NCBI GenBank assembly: GCA_026914245.1
Contig: CP110439.1
Span: 8,308,001 to 8,372,000, forward strand
Length of the DNA stretch: 64,000 nt
Origin: Puccinia triticina
Lineage: Eukaryota
Reading direction: 5' to 3'
The stretch's first letter is position 1; every line of letters begins with the position of its first letter. Positions 46,432-60,180 of this stretch are shown here, one piece after another. Under the pieces are notes generated by a model. That model made no database searches, was not told the DNA's origin, and saw nothing but the letters and a program-made list of their open reading frames with translations. A program made the translations under genes and the position numbers.

Positions 46432-49327
46432 ATGGACCTATCGACGCTTGCAAGCCATGCCCAGAAGTTATCGGCACGACTGTCGGAAAACTTGGCCGAA
46501 CGCACAAAGGATCTCGGTCTAGATCCGGAATATAATCTTTCCAACCCATCTAGCACTCTCAACAACAAGCTTCCGATCTTGGCCCATGCCCAGGGACTCT
46601 TAGGAAACTCAACCCCTTATTGGGAGAGACTGAGTGAGCTCACAAGTGTCCAGGGCGAATCGGAGACTAAGAGGTTATTGGGCAGTAAGTCTGAATCTGA
46701 TCGAGTCGAAGGTTTAAAGAGAGTCACGGTTGTATGTGCTTTTTCGATTAATTCAATAGAAAAATGGACAGGATCTCACAATCTTATTTGCTTCTTCCCT
46801 TTTGATGATCCAGCTCATGTGCCGAAACAGACCGGTACTTTCATTTTTCCCATTCGTAACCAATTGTCTTCATCCGTCAACTTCATCGACGGCCAATGGA
46901 TCGTACCACTCAACTGCTTCACATTCCTTCACGATCAGACATCTAGTCTCAATTTACATCCTGCAACATTCTCATCTGTCGCCCGATCTTGCCCTACTAT
47001 CAGTGAATGCCTGGCAAAAGGATTTCTCAGATTCAAGTCCGATCATCCGCGCCCTTGCTTTGAAAACTCTTGCAGGAATGGCTCTCGAATCCGTCTTACC
47101 TCTCGTCGTAGTCACCATCAACCGGTTAGCAAATGATCCGAATTGGTTCGTCAAACGGACCGTCGCCGAAGCCTTGATTACAGTCCATCAGATGGACCCA
47201 GAGACCTATCGGGAAAAGTTGATCGAAGGACCCGTGGAACGCCTCTTGCAAGATCGGTCCCCACTCGTTCTTGGTGCGGCCGTGACAGCATGGGAGGCAA
47301 TCTGCCCCGAGAGGTGGGATCTACTCCACCGGCGATTTCGGCCGCTGTGTTGGACCCTTGTTGATGCAGACGAAAATGGACAACATGTGATCATGCGTAC
47401 CTTAACTCGATATGTACGGGTACACTTTACCAATCCAGAAAAGCCCTTTGATTCCAACACGCCGTTAGATCCAGATCTCGAACTGTTTTTGAATTCCGTC
47501 ACCACACTCTTCCAATCTCGCAGCTCTTCAGTCGTCGTCGCTGTCACGAACGTCTTCATCTTTTTGGCTCCCCTGGATCGTCTAAAGACGGTCGTCCCAG
47601 ATTTGATGAGATTGGTTGAGGAGAAAGCATCTGAGCGCGAAGATGAATCCCTCTTGGTAGTCCTGCATCAGGTTTATCAGATCATCAAATTCACATCCAA
47701 CAAGCTGAAAAAATCACACTTGTTCTCGGACCATCTTAGCAGCTTCGGGATATGCTCTACTTCGGACTCCCAAGCAGTTAAACTCACTAAGCTGAAAATT
47801 TTAACAACATTTTTATCTCTCAATGATCGGAGCGTCCAGCTAAGAATTCTGTCGGAACTGAAATTCTGCACCCGAGATCTTCATGAAGAGTTTGCCAAAC
47901 AAGTTATTCAGACAATTGGTCAAATGACTATGATGACCACTGCCAAAGTACAACAAGAAGCCTTGGGCGTGTTAATCGAACTGGCAAAAACTGGTCAGAG
48001 TGAGTACCTGGAATCGAAATTTCCTGTCTACACACTTGACATTTAAAGGGTTATACTCAAGACGTCATTTCTTCTTTTTATAGTTAAACAGAGATGCAAA
48101 TCGGTCGAAATACTTCGGGCCCTACTGTCCTCAGATCTGAGGACTATCACCGCCATATTGCCTGATCTTCAAAGGCTCAAGGGAGATCTCATTCAACTAC
48201 TTGTCCATAACAAGATCCAGCAGGACAGCGCTCGAGCCAATATCTATCGCTTGGTTTCTGAGATTGAATTTCGATCGGAAACTCCCAACCCCAGTTTTAT
48301 ACATTTTTACAAATATTCGATTTGGAACTTTGTGAACGAAGGACTTCGATGCAAGTTTCAGATCCTCTCACTGGTATCCAAATCGTTGCTGATGATCACA
48401 ATACGGAGACAACAAGATGACGCATCGATGTCTTCAGTTTTGTTTGATCAGCGCCGGTCGTATCAGCTAGGGTTTGATCATCTCATGCGGCTAGCACGAT
48501 ACGACACCGACTTTATCGTCCGAGATCGTGCACGTTTCTTACAGGGTCTACTAACGTCCACTCAAGGCCTGACACTTGAAGAACCAAAAGAGTTTGGATT
48601 GGTCGAAGTCCATGAGCACGACGAGTATCATGACGAGACAATCGCTCTGCTCGACGAACACACCGCCTTCGCTCGAGGTCATCACCTCTCTTCTGGACAT
48701 GAGCCTTCCTCCTGCAGCATCGACCAAGAACCGATGAAGAAAATCGGCCTTGAGGAGTTGAAGAAGATCTTATTTCTTGATCCCTCATCCGAGCCTGTCA
48801 ATATGGATGATCATCAAGGGCAAAGTGACTTTGAGGCAAACTCGTTAATTCGGATGGCAGGATTGAACTGGGGCGAGAGAGGGAATTTTAACTCCGGCAG
48901 TTGGAGGTATCTGGATTGGAATACGGTTCCGGCTTGGTCCCAGAGCGCACTGGATCCAATGTTGAGAGAGCCCGAGGACGGGCAGGAGAAGAGTCAAGGC
49001 CCATCGACTCAGCACCCCTCAGCCTTCCACCAACGTGTCTCGAATCTGTCCGGAAGTTCGACGAACGAGCAAAAGAGGATGGGTGGCCAATCGAAGTTCA
49101 AAGAGAAAGTGGTCTTAATCCCCACAGGCTCTGACGACGAGCTCGGTTCCACTATTGCTAGACCTTCAGGGGCCGGTGGAAGCGGACACAGGAATCTCGA
49201 AGATTTCTTGCAAAGTAGTGCGGATGAAGATAGTGACTCGCAGGAAGAAGACGAGGATGAATCCGGGGAAGATGAAGATGAAAGTGGAAGTGAAAATGAA
49301 AATGAAAATGGCCACGAACATCATTGA
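46432..49327 (+). CDS. APL6: AP-3 adaptor complex beta subunit (~909 aa)
   Basis: join(46432-46731, 46814-47999, 48084-49327). Adaptin motifs LALLSVNAWQKDFSDSSPIIRALALKTL, DRSPLVLGAA, ERWDLLH and ARYDTDFIVRDRARF; acidic tail. Confidence 0.88.
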
Positions 49328-49590
49328 CCCCCACAATTAAAACAAAGAGGGGCAACACATCAGCAGAAGATTTATTCTTTTACTCTCCTTGACATTTCTC
49401 ATGTTTATTTGATAGTTATTTATTCAATTGTCCTCTTTACCATTAAACATTGTTGTTTTTCATACTGATATTACTAGAGCTTAGGTTGTTTTCCCTTCAT
49501 CTTGATATGGGCTCAGTCATCCCTCAACTTCAGCTAGAGTGATCAAAACTGTATGAGAGCATATATTGTCATACTAGGGGACACCATGTA

Positions 49591-50438
49591 CAGTGGGTCA
49601 TCTAATGTTTTTGGCACTGCATTTTTCATTGCAGAAGCTCAGGCAACAGACCCAAAGTCATGGGATTGGCTGCAGAGGTGTAAAATAAGTTCCCAAGAAT
49701 GATTATGACAGAAAATAAAATAAAAATGAAAAATATCAAGTGTGAAAATTTTTCGATTTTGTGCAAATTTCTCAGAATCTTTATTATTGCTCAAAGCAAG
49801 GAGAGAAAATTACAGAGCACAGTATGGCATGTGACAGGAATGATAAAAAATGAAAAAAAAAAACTGAGACCATCTTCAATTATTTTTGTTGGATCAAATA
49901 AGGCCCCGTTTGGCTGCAGCGTTCTACGTGATAAATGGGCTTATTTATCACGCGCGACCCCCGGGGGGTCAAAGTTTTTGGTGGAGACGGGGGGCAAACT
50001 TTGGGTCGTGCGTGATAAATTTGCACATTTATAATCACGTATAACGCGGCAGCCAAACGGGGCCTAAATCTGGTCAAATTGGTGTTGATTTGGCCTGCAG
50101 GTGCCAACTTCTATTTCAAATGGGTGGATACCTCATTCACCCAAAAAATCATTGAAAATGGTCTCAGTTTTTTTCCATTTTTTATCATTCCTGTCACATG
50201 CCATACTGTGCTCTGTAATTTTCTCTCCTTGGTTTGAGCAATAATAAAGATTCTGAGAAATTTGCACAAAATTGAAAAATTTTCACACTTTTCATATTTT
50301 TCATTTTCATTTTCTTTCTGTCATAATCATTCTTGGGAGCTTATTTTCCACCCCTGTAGCCAATTCCATGACTTCAGGTCTGTTGCCTGAGCTTCTGCAA
50401 TAAAAAATGCAGTGCCAAAAACATTAGATGACCCACTG
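49591..50438. mobile_element. Tc1/mariner-like foldback MITE with ~290-bp TIRs
   Basis: CAGTGGGTCATCTAATG..CATTAGATGACCCACTG flanked by TA; long inverted arms. Confidence 0.85.
49902..50064. mobile_element. PIF/Harbinger (Tourist-like) MITE nested in the foldback element
   Basis: TIR GGCCCCGTTTGGCTGC; TSD TAA; second copy at 61985-62142. Confidence 0.85.
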
Positions 50439-51139
50439 TACAGTGCCCTACCAGAAGTTTATGGCTGTTCCATTATACTCTTTTGGTTACCCCTGGTCAT
50501 AAACAATTGGACCTGTACATGTTTTTATGGATCATTTAGATTATTCAGGGTTGCACCTGGTTGCACAACTCACAGTTGACACCAATAGAATGATAGGTCA
50601 AAGGAAAGAAAAGATAGCCAAGGCTGTATAGCTCAAGTGGTAGAAGCTGATCAAGTGTCTCAAACATTGTAAGGAGGAACAGATTGACTTGTTGGTATAT
50701 CTTGTAATCAGTTTTATTGGAAATCAATCTTTGATTCCATAGTATGATAGTTTGTGTATGCTGCCCATTATTCATGTTTTATATGAGATGGAAAATCAGG
50801 GATGTTTCAGACCTCCCTTTTGTGAAATATCATAAGTTGTAACAATTTTAACTTTGAGAACTGGAATTAGAGCTGCTTAAAAACACATGGGGTATGTCAA
50901 AACTCAGATTTACTTATTAAGTATCCAAGGGGCTCACAGAACTCAGAAATTTCACCTCTATCTCACTTGTTTCTTCTGTAGCTGTGTGTTATAAGCTGCA
51001 CCAGCGTGCCATAACCTATGCCGGGGACATGTCACCACATTGTACACACATGTCAAAGATCCTTGTAATCAGGAGCAGCTGGGGGAAGATCATTACACTT
51101 TCCCCATCTAACAATCTACATACTCAAGAGACACGACTA

Positions 51140-51383
51140 CACTGCAAAACAAACTATGTCAACTGTGAACAGTTGACATGCAGAAACTCCAAGGAAGCTT
51201 ATGGTGTTACTCCAACCTCTCTCAAAGTTTAAATCAACCTAAGCTTCAATGCACAGTCACTTTGCACATTGCACAGTGACTGCCAGAAAAGGGCATTATT
51301 TAACTAGTTACAATGGATTGGCAGCTTGGCTGGAGTATCCTGCATGTCAACTGTGAGCAGTTGACCCAGTTTCTTTTGCAGTG
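51140..51383. mobile_element. CACTG-type MITE
   Basis: CACTGCAAAA..TTTTGCAGTG; 3-bp TSD CTA; CAGTTGACATGCA motif shared with the 28491 element. Confidence 0.78.
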
Positions 51384-53982
51384 CTAGAAGATCCAGCCTC
51401 TTCCCTAGTCATACCAATACACTGTTGGGTATCTTGTGGTAACTGGTATGTTTTTCAAAGGTGGATGTTCCTTAGATTCATAGTGTGTAATACCATAGGC
51501 CATCTGTGCCCAATTTCTGTGAAGTGACAAACTAAAGTGGATTTTGAGTAAGCAAAGATAACAACAAGAAATACACTTGAAAAGAGAAGAAGAACAAAAT
51601 GTACCTAAAGGCAAGTAAAACTGGTGGTTGGTGTACAAGGGACAATAGAACACACAGGACAAAAAGAAGCAGAACCAAAAGAAAGGAGTCAATATCATGT
51701 GATTGAAGAAGTCCACAATGGAAAACATACTGGGCTTTGATTTGCTCAATGTTGATGGACTTCAGGGTTGGTGGTTTGTTGATTAGAAGGGAAAGATACA
51801 ATGAATGCGGCAAGAGTTGAGAGATGAGATTTGCAAGAGTCAAAAATAAAAAAGAAGATATTGAAGAGTGTTGTAATGATCAGGTGATAGAGAATCACAA
51901 AGTTTGATAGAATGAAGGGATCAACTGAAGATTGTCAATAATGGAGGAACAGCTTATATGTGAGATTTAGAAGATATAAGCTTAATTTCAACAAATAGTG
52001 TTGCAGGTTCCACGGGAGAAAGAAAGGAGGATCAATAAGCAAAGAGCTTATATATATGATAGTCAAAGGTAGGAAGGACCAAGCTTAATTCTTGCGGGAG
52101 CAAGTATGGGAGGACTGAGTGAAGGCCAATTGAAATATGATGTCATGAGAGGGTACAAGCGGAAAAGTACTTGAGGGATGGATTGTGGACATCAACAATT
52201 TTCAACTTCATAAAATGAGTTGTCTAACAAAGAGTAAAACCCTATTTATGGTGGATGGTGCTTCTGGGCCCACCCATTGTAGCTCCTCCTATTTGAATTC
52301 CAGACATATTGGTTAGTCAGGTTCAAGCCAGTGCAAAACATTGCATGACTGATTCAAAACCAAGCAAATTTACAAAGCTTAAAAATCAGGCAATCTCAGT
52401 AAAAGAAGTTCCAATGAAATCTGAAGCCCTGTATGACTGGAGAACAGAAGGATGAAGCAAATGAATTGTTCAGAATTGAGGCTTGGCATTTTGTGAGAGA
52501 GAAAATGGAAATACAAATTGAAAATAAAAATGATGAGATAGCACCCAAAGATTTTCAACCAGAAAGAGTGTTTTCAATTTTGAAGAGCCACCTGAGAACT
52601 TCCCATTCATTTTCCCTCAAAGTAAATTTGCCAGCATGGGCTTTTTTTTTTTTTTGCTTGCTGAAGAGGTAGTGGGTTTGATTTGAATTTTCCTAAAGCA
52701 ATCTGCAGTTATGATTTGAAGGTTGTACTTATTTCATCACGGCATAACAATTCTAAAATAAAAATCAACTTTTAAATTTATCAAACCTGACCATCCTGAC
52801 CTCTTGTGCAACAATGAGCCTCCTCAAGGTCTTGTGGCAAACAGTTGAGTAAGTTTATAGTTCCTTTTGAGACTAAGTCTGCTGCTGTCTAAGCTAATCT
52901 TCTTTCGCTTCACCTTTCCTTTGGGTCAAAGTTTCTCACTTTCTTACAGTGAGAGTTGTGCTGAATTGAATCTAGTCAAGTTAGTCGAGAATTATTAATT
53001 TATTCTAACAATGTGATGATGGGTTTCACAGGTTTTTCTACTTTCACACATATATTTCCTTTCTTCCTCTTTTTTGCTGTGACACTTGTAGTGTAGTTTG
53101 GTCCTGAGGCAGCAGGCAAGGGATTAATTTTCCTCATTCTTCCTCATCAAAAATCTCAACCCACATTCTGTCTCAGGTTAGCTGTCATTTCTCTCTCTTT
53201 CCCTCTGTTTTGATCTTTCCTTTTTTTCTCTTTGTGCATGCAATCCACTTATTTTTCCTCAACCAACATCTCAACCCACATTGAGTCTTGATGTCTCAGG
53301 TTGTTCATTCAACATACACATGTACATGACTGACTCTGGGAAAGACTGGGTTACAATGACATTGAGGCCTGGCTGCAGACCTGTACACCATGGTTCACAG
53401 TTGACACAAGGCCAGCATAATGTGTCTGTCTACCCAACCTGCATGAGCAAGTTATTTTTGCAGGGTGTTCAGAATTGGTTTATGCATGCATTAATCATAA
53501 ATTCATGAAACCTTTTCAGTGGGATTGCACAATCATATAAAAAATCAAAATTTCACTGCCCAGCATCACTGCCAAATTCTACAAAGCTTTCCCCCATTTC
53601 AGGGGCTATCTATTGAATTTACAAATGCCAGGATTCATAAACCCAAAACAAGATGATTGTTAGTATGTGGAATATTTCATTTCCCTCCCTTTTTGTTTTG
53701 CCTGCGCTGCATACAAGATTGGCCTGTGGTGGCAAGGTTATATGACATGACATGAATGATCATTTTTCAAGAATTTAACAGTATATAAGAAACATTGTTG
53801 TTTGTGTCTGTCGTGAGTGTCAAACATGATAGGGGACATTGCTGGTGAAGGAAGAGAAAAAGATGAATACTTGCGAGATGCGGTAGGAACATGATGCATT
53901 TGGGTCGATGGAGGCGGAATGTCTTTGATGTGTTTTTTTTGCAGATCAAGAGAATGAAAAGCTCAAGACAAGGCGGATGTGT

Positions 53983-56907
53983 CTACCAATCAAGAGTTTT
54001 GCTGTCTCCAGAGCCGCCGACGGGGACGGGCACTTTCCCGCCGAAGCCGATTCCGTCCAACCATGGCCACTTCTGGGAACGGACAGCTTCATAGGACTTG
54101 ATCTTTTCGCCGAGTAGCTCGGTCAGACGGATGTCATCGAGACCTTCGACCAGACACTTCTTTCGGAAAGGGTCGATCGAAAACACAATCGAGACCTTCG
54201 AGCCCGTCTTCTGGCACGTCGCATTCACCCGTTGGTTCACTAAGTCAACCTCTACATCGTTTCCCTCACTCGCTAGTCGTGCTAATTCGTCCACGTCCTT
54301 CTGTGGTAATATTAATGGCAACATTCCGTTCTTAAACATGTTGTTATAGAAGATATCGGCAAAGCTAATTTATCATCCGCCAGAGAAACAAATGCAACTA
54401 CTCAGCAGTTTGATTTCAAGCTTGGGCTAATGGTTTTCGACAGATGGTTCAAGTCTCAAGAGCTCAAAAAGAGACAGACCTGGTAGCTATGACACATTTG
54501 ATCCCGAAGTCCAATAACGCCCAAGGGGCGTGTTCTCGAGAGCTTCCACAACCAAAGTTTGGTCCAGTAACGATCAGAATCTTAGCGTTGTTAAACGGTT
54601 CTCGGTTTAGAACAAAGTCAGGTATCAATTCTTCATTTCCATCCACGACTCGATAGCGCAGGGAACGGAATAGAGCTTGTCCTAATCCGGTTCGCTTAAT
54701 AGTCTTGAGGAAGACGGCTGGGATAATTTTGTCGGTATCGACATTGCTAATAAATAGGCCGTTCTGATGTTAAATTGAGAATATCGGAGGGAGGCTAGCT
54801 AAGTTGGTTAGGAGACTGATTCGAAACGTACCTGGCTTCTAAAACGGCAGCAATACCCTTCCAGACCTCAAACTTGGGTAAGCCAGCTGGTTTGCCAACA
54901 GCTTGGGTAGGAGCACCAGCCGATTGAGCAGGAGCGTCATCCACTGGATGAGATTCGGAGGTTTGATCTTTGTCACTGGGTTCCATCTTCGGAACTAGTT
55001 TAGGCTCGTGTAGTCGAGTGGTGGTTTGGATCTTTCTGACATCGGTGAACCGACCATGGATAGCAGCGGCGGCAGCCATCGCAGGGCTCATCAGATGAGT
55101 CCGCCCACCGGGGCCTTGACGGCCCTCGAAGTTGCGGTTCGAGGTAGATGCACAACGTTCGCCGGGTTTGAGTTGGTCGGGGTTCATTCCGAGACACATC
55201 GAGCAGCCAGCCTCTCGCCAATCAAACCCAGCGTCCTTGAAGATCCGATCCAGACCCTCCTCTTCAGCCTGCAATTTCACTAAGCCTGAACCAGGGACAA
55301 CCATCGCATAGACACCTTCGGCAACGCGTTGGCTGGGTCCTATGATGGATGCTGCAAGTCGTAAGTCTTCTATACGTGAGTTGGTGCAAGAGCCGATGAA
55401 AACCTTGTCGATTTTGATCTCTTCCATCGGGGTGTTGGGCTGAAGACCCATGTATTCCAAGGCTCGGATAGCCGACTTCTTGGCCGCTTCATCCGACATC
55501 TGGGCAGGGTCGGGTACTTTTCCGGTGATCGGTACCACATCTTGTGGACTCGTACCCCAAGATACTGTTGGTCCAATATCACCTCCATCGATCTCAACTG
55601 ACTTATCGAAGTGAGCTCCTTCGTCAGTTGCAAGGGACTTCCACCATTCAATCGCCCGGTTGCGCTCCTCGCCTTTGGGTGCGAGCGGTTTTCCAATCAA
55701 ATATTCAAACGTCTTGTCGTCGGGCGCAACTAAGCCTGCTCTGGCACCAGCTTCGATGGACATGTTGCAAACACTCATGCTGAAGGGATTAACATATTAT
55801 TATGAGTTTTCGGACAACTGAATATTGCGTAAAACGACACTTGATTGCTAGAAAAGGGTGGAAGACTGACCGGTTCTCCATCGACATGTCCTCAAAGACC
55901 TTGCCACAGAATTCAATGACGTGCCCATTGCCGCCAGAAGTGCCGATGGTACCGATGATGTGGAGGATGACATCCTTACTGGTGACCCCTGGCGCCAGAG
56001 TCCCGTTAACCTTGACCTTCATGTTTTTACTCTTCTGCTGTGGTAAGGTTTGAGTGGCCAGGATGTGCTCGACTTCGGAGGTGCCAACTCCAAAGGCATA
56101 CGCGCCAAACGCTCCATGGGTCGAGGTATGAGAGTCACCACAGCACACGGTGGAACCAGGTAAAGTGAAGCCTTGTTCAGCGGCCATGACCTTTTTGTTA
56201 AAAAGAAAAAGATCAGAACCCAAGAATATCTCCGTTCGAATATTCATGTCATCTTACGTGGACAATTCCTTGACGCTTATCCTTGAGACCGAAGTAAGTC
56301 AGGCCGAAAATCTTGACATTTTCTTCGAGGGTCATGACCTGAGTACGGGATTCAAACCTAACAACAAGTGATTAGAAAACATTCGTGAAGAGACTGGAGG
56401 GGCGGATAAAAAGAGACTTACTCTTTGATGAAGGTAGACACGCTGGTAGCTTGACTTCTATCATCAGTGGGCACGTTGTGGTCGCATGTGGCTAGAGTAC
56501 AATCGGTCCGTCTGACGCTCCGGCCGGCGTTTCTGAGACCCTCGAAGGCCTGGGGAGATGTGACTTCATGAACAATATGCCTTTTTGGTCAATTGGTTTA
56601 ATGTTTATTACTGTTGGTATTGTTCTTTGTGATTTGACCAGGTAAAATAGATTGGGTTTGAACTGCTGACCGATCGATGTAAATCAACGCCGAGCCGTCG
56701 TCCTTAGCATTAACGACATGTGCGTCCCAGATCTGACAGAAATTTTCAAGCCGGGTAAGTTTTTAGACTGATGGGTGTTTGCCAAGAGGGAGGGTGTCCG
56801 AAGGCTGACCTTGTCAAACAGGGTACGAGGCTGGTAACAGAAGAGACGAACATAAACACAGGCATTCGGTCGTCAATGAGGGAGAGAAAGCTTACTTGGG
56901 TGCTCAT
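53983..56907 (-). CDS. LEU1: 3-isopropylmalate dehydratase (fused large + small subunit), multi-exon
   Basis: [96 protein letters not shown]. Confidence 0.96.
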
Positions 56908-57500
56908 TGCGATGTGATAGTGGTAGGAACTGTGCCGGGGCGCTACGCAGGCTCAAGAAGAGGAGACTAGAGGGGGTCACGGTGCTGTTGGGATGCTGGA
57001 GAAAAGTTGCTTCGACTCAAGCTAAGACGACTGGGGAACCCCACCCATAAACGAAGGACCTGTGACAATATACAGGTCCAATAAAGTCACAAATGTTGAA
57101 ATACAAGATGAGACAAGTGTGACATATATGAAATAAAAGGCCTGCCGTAACAGGCGGCAAAGAAAATGATGAAATATTTTACGATAACACCGGCCGGAAG
57201 GCCGGTAACGTAACAGGAGTAAATATGTTACACCACCGGGTCAGAAAAACTGATCGGTGTTTGTTTTTCCAGCGCATCCTTGATTGAAATGCTGGATTGA
57301 GAACTCTTCTGTACACAAATTGAAAGAAATTACTAGAAGGCAATCTAAGCACAATATTCAAGGCATTTTTAACCTAGTTTTTATATCATCATCTAATCAG
57401 TTGACCAATCACCTGAGGTTTAATTGCAGATTTGAGTTGGAAAGAATGTACTTCAATCATGACAGCCTTTCTCTTGAATATTCAGATAAAAATATCCAAT

Positions 57501-57646
57501 GGAGGACTTCCCGTCGATCTGAGAACCCAGATTTTTCCAGATTTTGCGGGGAAATCTGGGCTCGATCTTCCCAAATCCTAGATCTTCCCAGATTTCCCTG
57601 CGAAATCTGGGAAAATCTGGGTTTCCAGATCGGCGGGAAGTCCTCC
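57501..57646. mobile_element. Hairpin MITE upstream of LEU1
   Basis: GGAGGACTTCCCG..CGGGAAGTCCTCC palindrome; flanks AAT/AAT (or a degenerate 10-bp duplication). Confidence 0.7.
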
Positions 57647-57949
57647 AATATAAAATCAACAGTATTCTGAGGGAGATAGAAAGAGATCCAAGTACAGGAA
57701 ACATCATAGTGAATTGTAAAACTGCCCCCAAAGGGTTTGTTGAAATGAAAAAATCATTTTTCCTGCAAGATGATAAAGAGGATGGTGATTTCAAGGAAGA
57801 GAAAAGCTTGAAAAAACAAAAGAGTTATTCTTGTGATTTGCAGTCAAAAACTGTTGATGATTGGAAACAAAAAATCTGTGGCTCACCTTCTGGTGTTAAG
57901 ATTTCACTTGAGGAAGGCAAGATGGATAGGCAAGGAGGAGGGGTTGAAC

Positions 57950-58358
57950 CAACGGTGGGCCAGCTACGCTAACCGTAGCGTAGCGGAATTCCGCTAAATT
58001 TTAGCGTAGCGTTAGCGGAATTGCGCCTTCTCTGCGCTAACGCTACGCGCAAAGGGTGCGCAGCTAATTTAGCTGTTAGCGTAGCGTTAGCGCAGATGCG
58101 CGCAATTGCGCAAACGCTACACACGCAGGGCGCAAAAGAGCGCGCGCTACGGTGCGCCACAGTGCTAAGCGCTGTAGCGCAGCGTAGTGACTCTAGCGGC
58201 GCGCTAACACTAACAAACAATTGGCGCGCTGTTAGCGCCGCTGAAACGTAGCGCAGCGTAGCGACGCTAACAGCGCGCTAACGCTACTCAAAATGGGCGG
58301 GCGCTTTTTGCCGCTACGCTAACGCTAAGTGGCCCTGTAGCGTAGCGGCCCACTGTTG
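57950..58358. mobile_element. GC-rich MITE with CAA..TTG ends and (TAGCG)n subterminal motifs
   Basis: CAACGGTGGGC..GCCCACTGTTG; 7-bp TSD GTTGAAC; a degenerate relative ends at ~63782. Confidence 0.78.
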
Positions 58359-58547
58359 GTTGAACGAGGAGCTGGTTCTGGGGACTTTGGCCAAGGTGGG
58401 TCTTGGTTGTTTAAGCTCTGACTCGATGATCTTATTACTCATCTGAGGAGCGGACACGTAACACACAACTAGAGAGCCCCCTGCACAAGATCCAGAGGGG
58501 GCCTAACAACAACAGAAAAACTAGACAGGCAACAGGCTAGTAACAGT

Positions 58548-58683
58548 GACAGGAACTGGGACAGGGGACAGGACAGGAACTGGAACTGGGGACAGGGGAC
58601 TGGAACTGGAACTGGAACTGGAACTGGGAACAGGAACTGGAACTGGAACTGGGAACAGGAACTGGGACTACTGGGGACGGGAA
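58548..58683. repeat. (GGAACT)n-type microsatellite
   Basis: Run of GGAACT/GGGACA/GGAACA hexamers. Confidence 0.85.
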
Positions 58684-59079
58684 CACAAAAATAAAGAACG
58701 TGAGCGGACTAGAAGCTCATATTCTGACATCTGGGAAAGAAAGAACAATATCAACCTGGATCTCAACATTGAAATAAAATTGCTTGAGAAAGAAGAATTC
58801 CCATTATTACTTGTGGAGAAAAGCTATCCAGTGTTTCTTTTTTATATGCAGATGATTGACATCATAATAACTCCAATTGGATCCAGTGAGAGAAATGAAA
58901 AATATCTTCCAGATATTTTGAAAAATGCAAAGGAAAATTTTGAAAAGTTTTTAGCCATTCATTTAAGATCGTAAAAAAACAGGAATAGCACACAAAATGT
59001 GCCCAATATTACATGGAAAGCTTTGCAATACTGGCACCAGGGGGGAAGCCGGATGTTTTTTTGGGAGAGCTCATTGATG

Positions 59080-59760
59080 TCAACTGTGTGAGCATGTGTG
59101 ATTCAGGCTTCAAATATGTTGAACTTATGTTCAATTAAGGCTGATCACAGATCCACTCCATGGTGTACACACTGGCAATTCAGTGGAGGGTACCTCCACT
59201 TGATGCTTGGTAAACTCTTGGATTCTACACTTACTGGTGTGTATCAGCCATTAAGTTGAGATGCCCTCCACTCAATGATTGGGATGTACAGCCATTGAGT
59301 GGAGGTACCCTCCACTTTATGACTGTTGGACAACCAGAGTGGAGGGTGTGTCCACTCGATTCACATATGCACATTACCAGCTATCAAGTGAAGACATCTT
59401 GATGACCGGTGGTGAATGCATTGAGTGGAGGGATTCTCCACTCCATGACTGGTGTGTACCGGACATTGAGTGAAGGGGTTCTCCACTAGGTGATTGGTGT
59501 CTACCAGCCATTGAGTGGAGACACCCTCCAATTGGTGACAGGTCACTGGGCTGGGAATAAGCCACCTCATTGACCAGCACTACATGTGAGTCATTGAGCC
59601 TTGCCTTTCCGTGTTTGACGGAGGGGTACGTACTGTACATTGTGCTGGGAGAGTCCTGGCTCAATGAACAGTACATACTGTCCATCCAGCTTCACTTTTC
59701 CAAGCTAGGTGGCCAGTATATATGCCTACCATGCTCGGAAAGGTTGGCTCAATGACCAGA
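59080..59760. repeat. Inverted copy of the dispersed repeat at 26130-26760
   Basis: CTGTGTGAGCATGTGTG..ACACTTACTGGT is the reverse complement of 26590-26746. Confidence 0.65.
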
Positions 59761-60180
59761 ATGTGCTGTTCATCAGGCTAGGGCTTCCCTTGCTTGATGA
59801 CCAGGTGCTGGCCATTGTCTTTGAGTTTGGAGACGCCGCAGATTGATTACTGGGGCATTATGACCGTCAAGCGCGGCCTCTCCCCACTTGATGGCCATTT
59901 TGTGCTGGCCATTGAGTTTGAGGAGGCCTAGATCAATAACCATTATCCGAGCTCCATTGGCAGCACATACTGGTCATTGGGGCTGGGAAAGCCAGGCTCA
60001 ATGACCAGTATGTGTGGTACTGTTGAGGGTGGGGGCTTTCCCAGCTTGATGATAGCAAGTAGGGCTTGGCAAGTCTGGGTACATCGGCACCTTGCAAATG
60101 TCCTCCCTGATGTTCGGCCAAACATGACGGAGGACATTGCAAAAAAAAAGCAACACTCCCTGGGGGCACATGCCACACGG

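Noticed and set aside
51400..52270. Possible additional solo LTR
   Set aside because: The composition is suggestive, but no TG..CA boundaries with a TSD could be fixed.
57140..57260. Leu3-type CCG-N4-CGG site in the LEU1 promoter
   Set aside because: CCGG-rich, but no exact consensus spacing was found.
57544..58974. ORFs 57544-57972 and 58546-58974 as genes
   Set aside because: They start within a MITE or microsatellite and have no recognisable domain; at most a decayed remnant.
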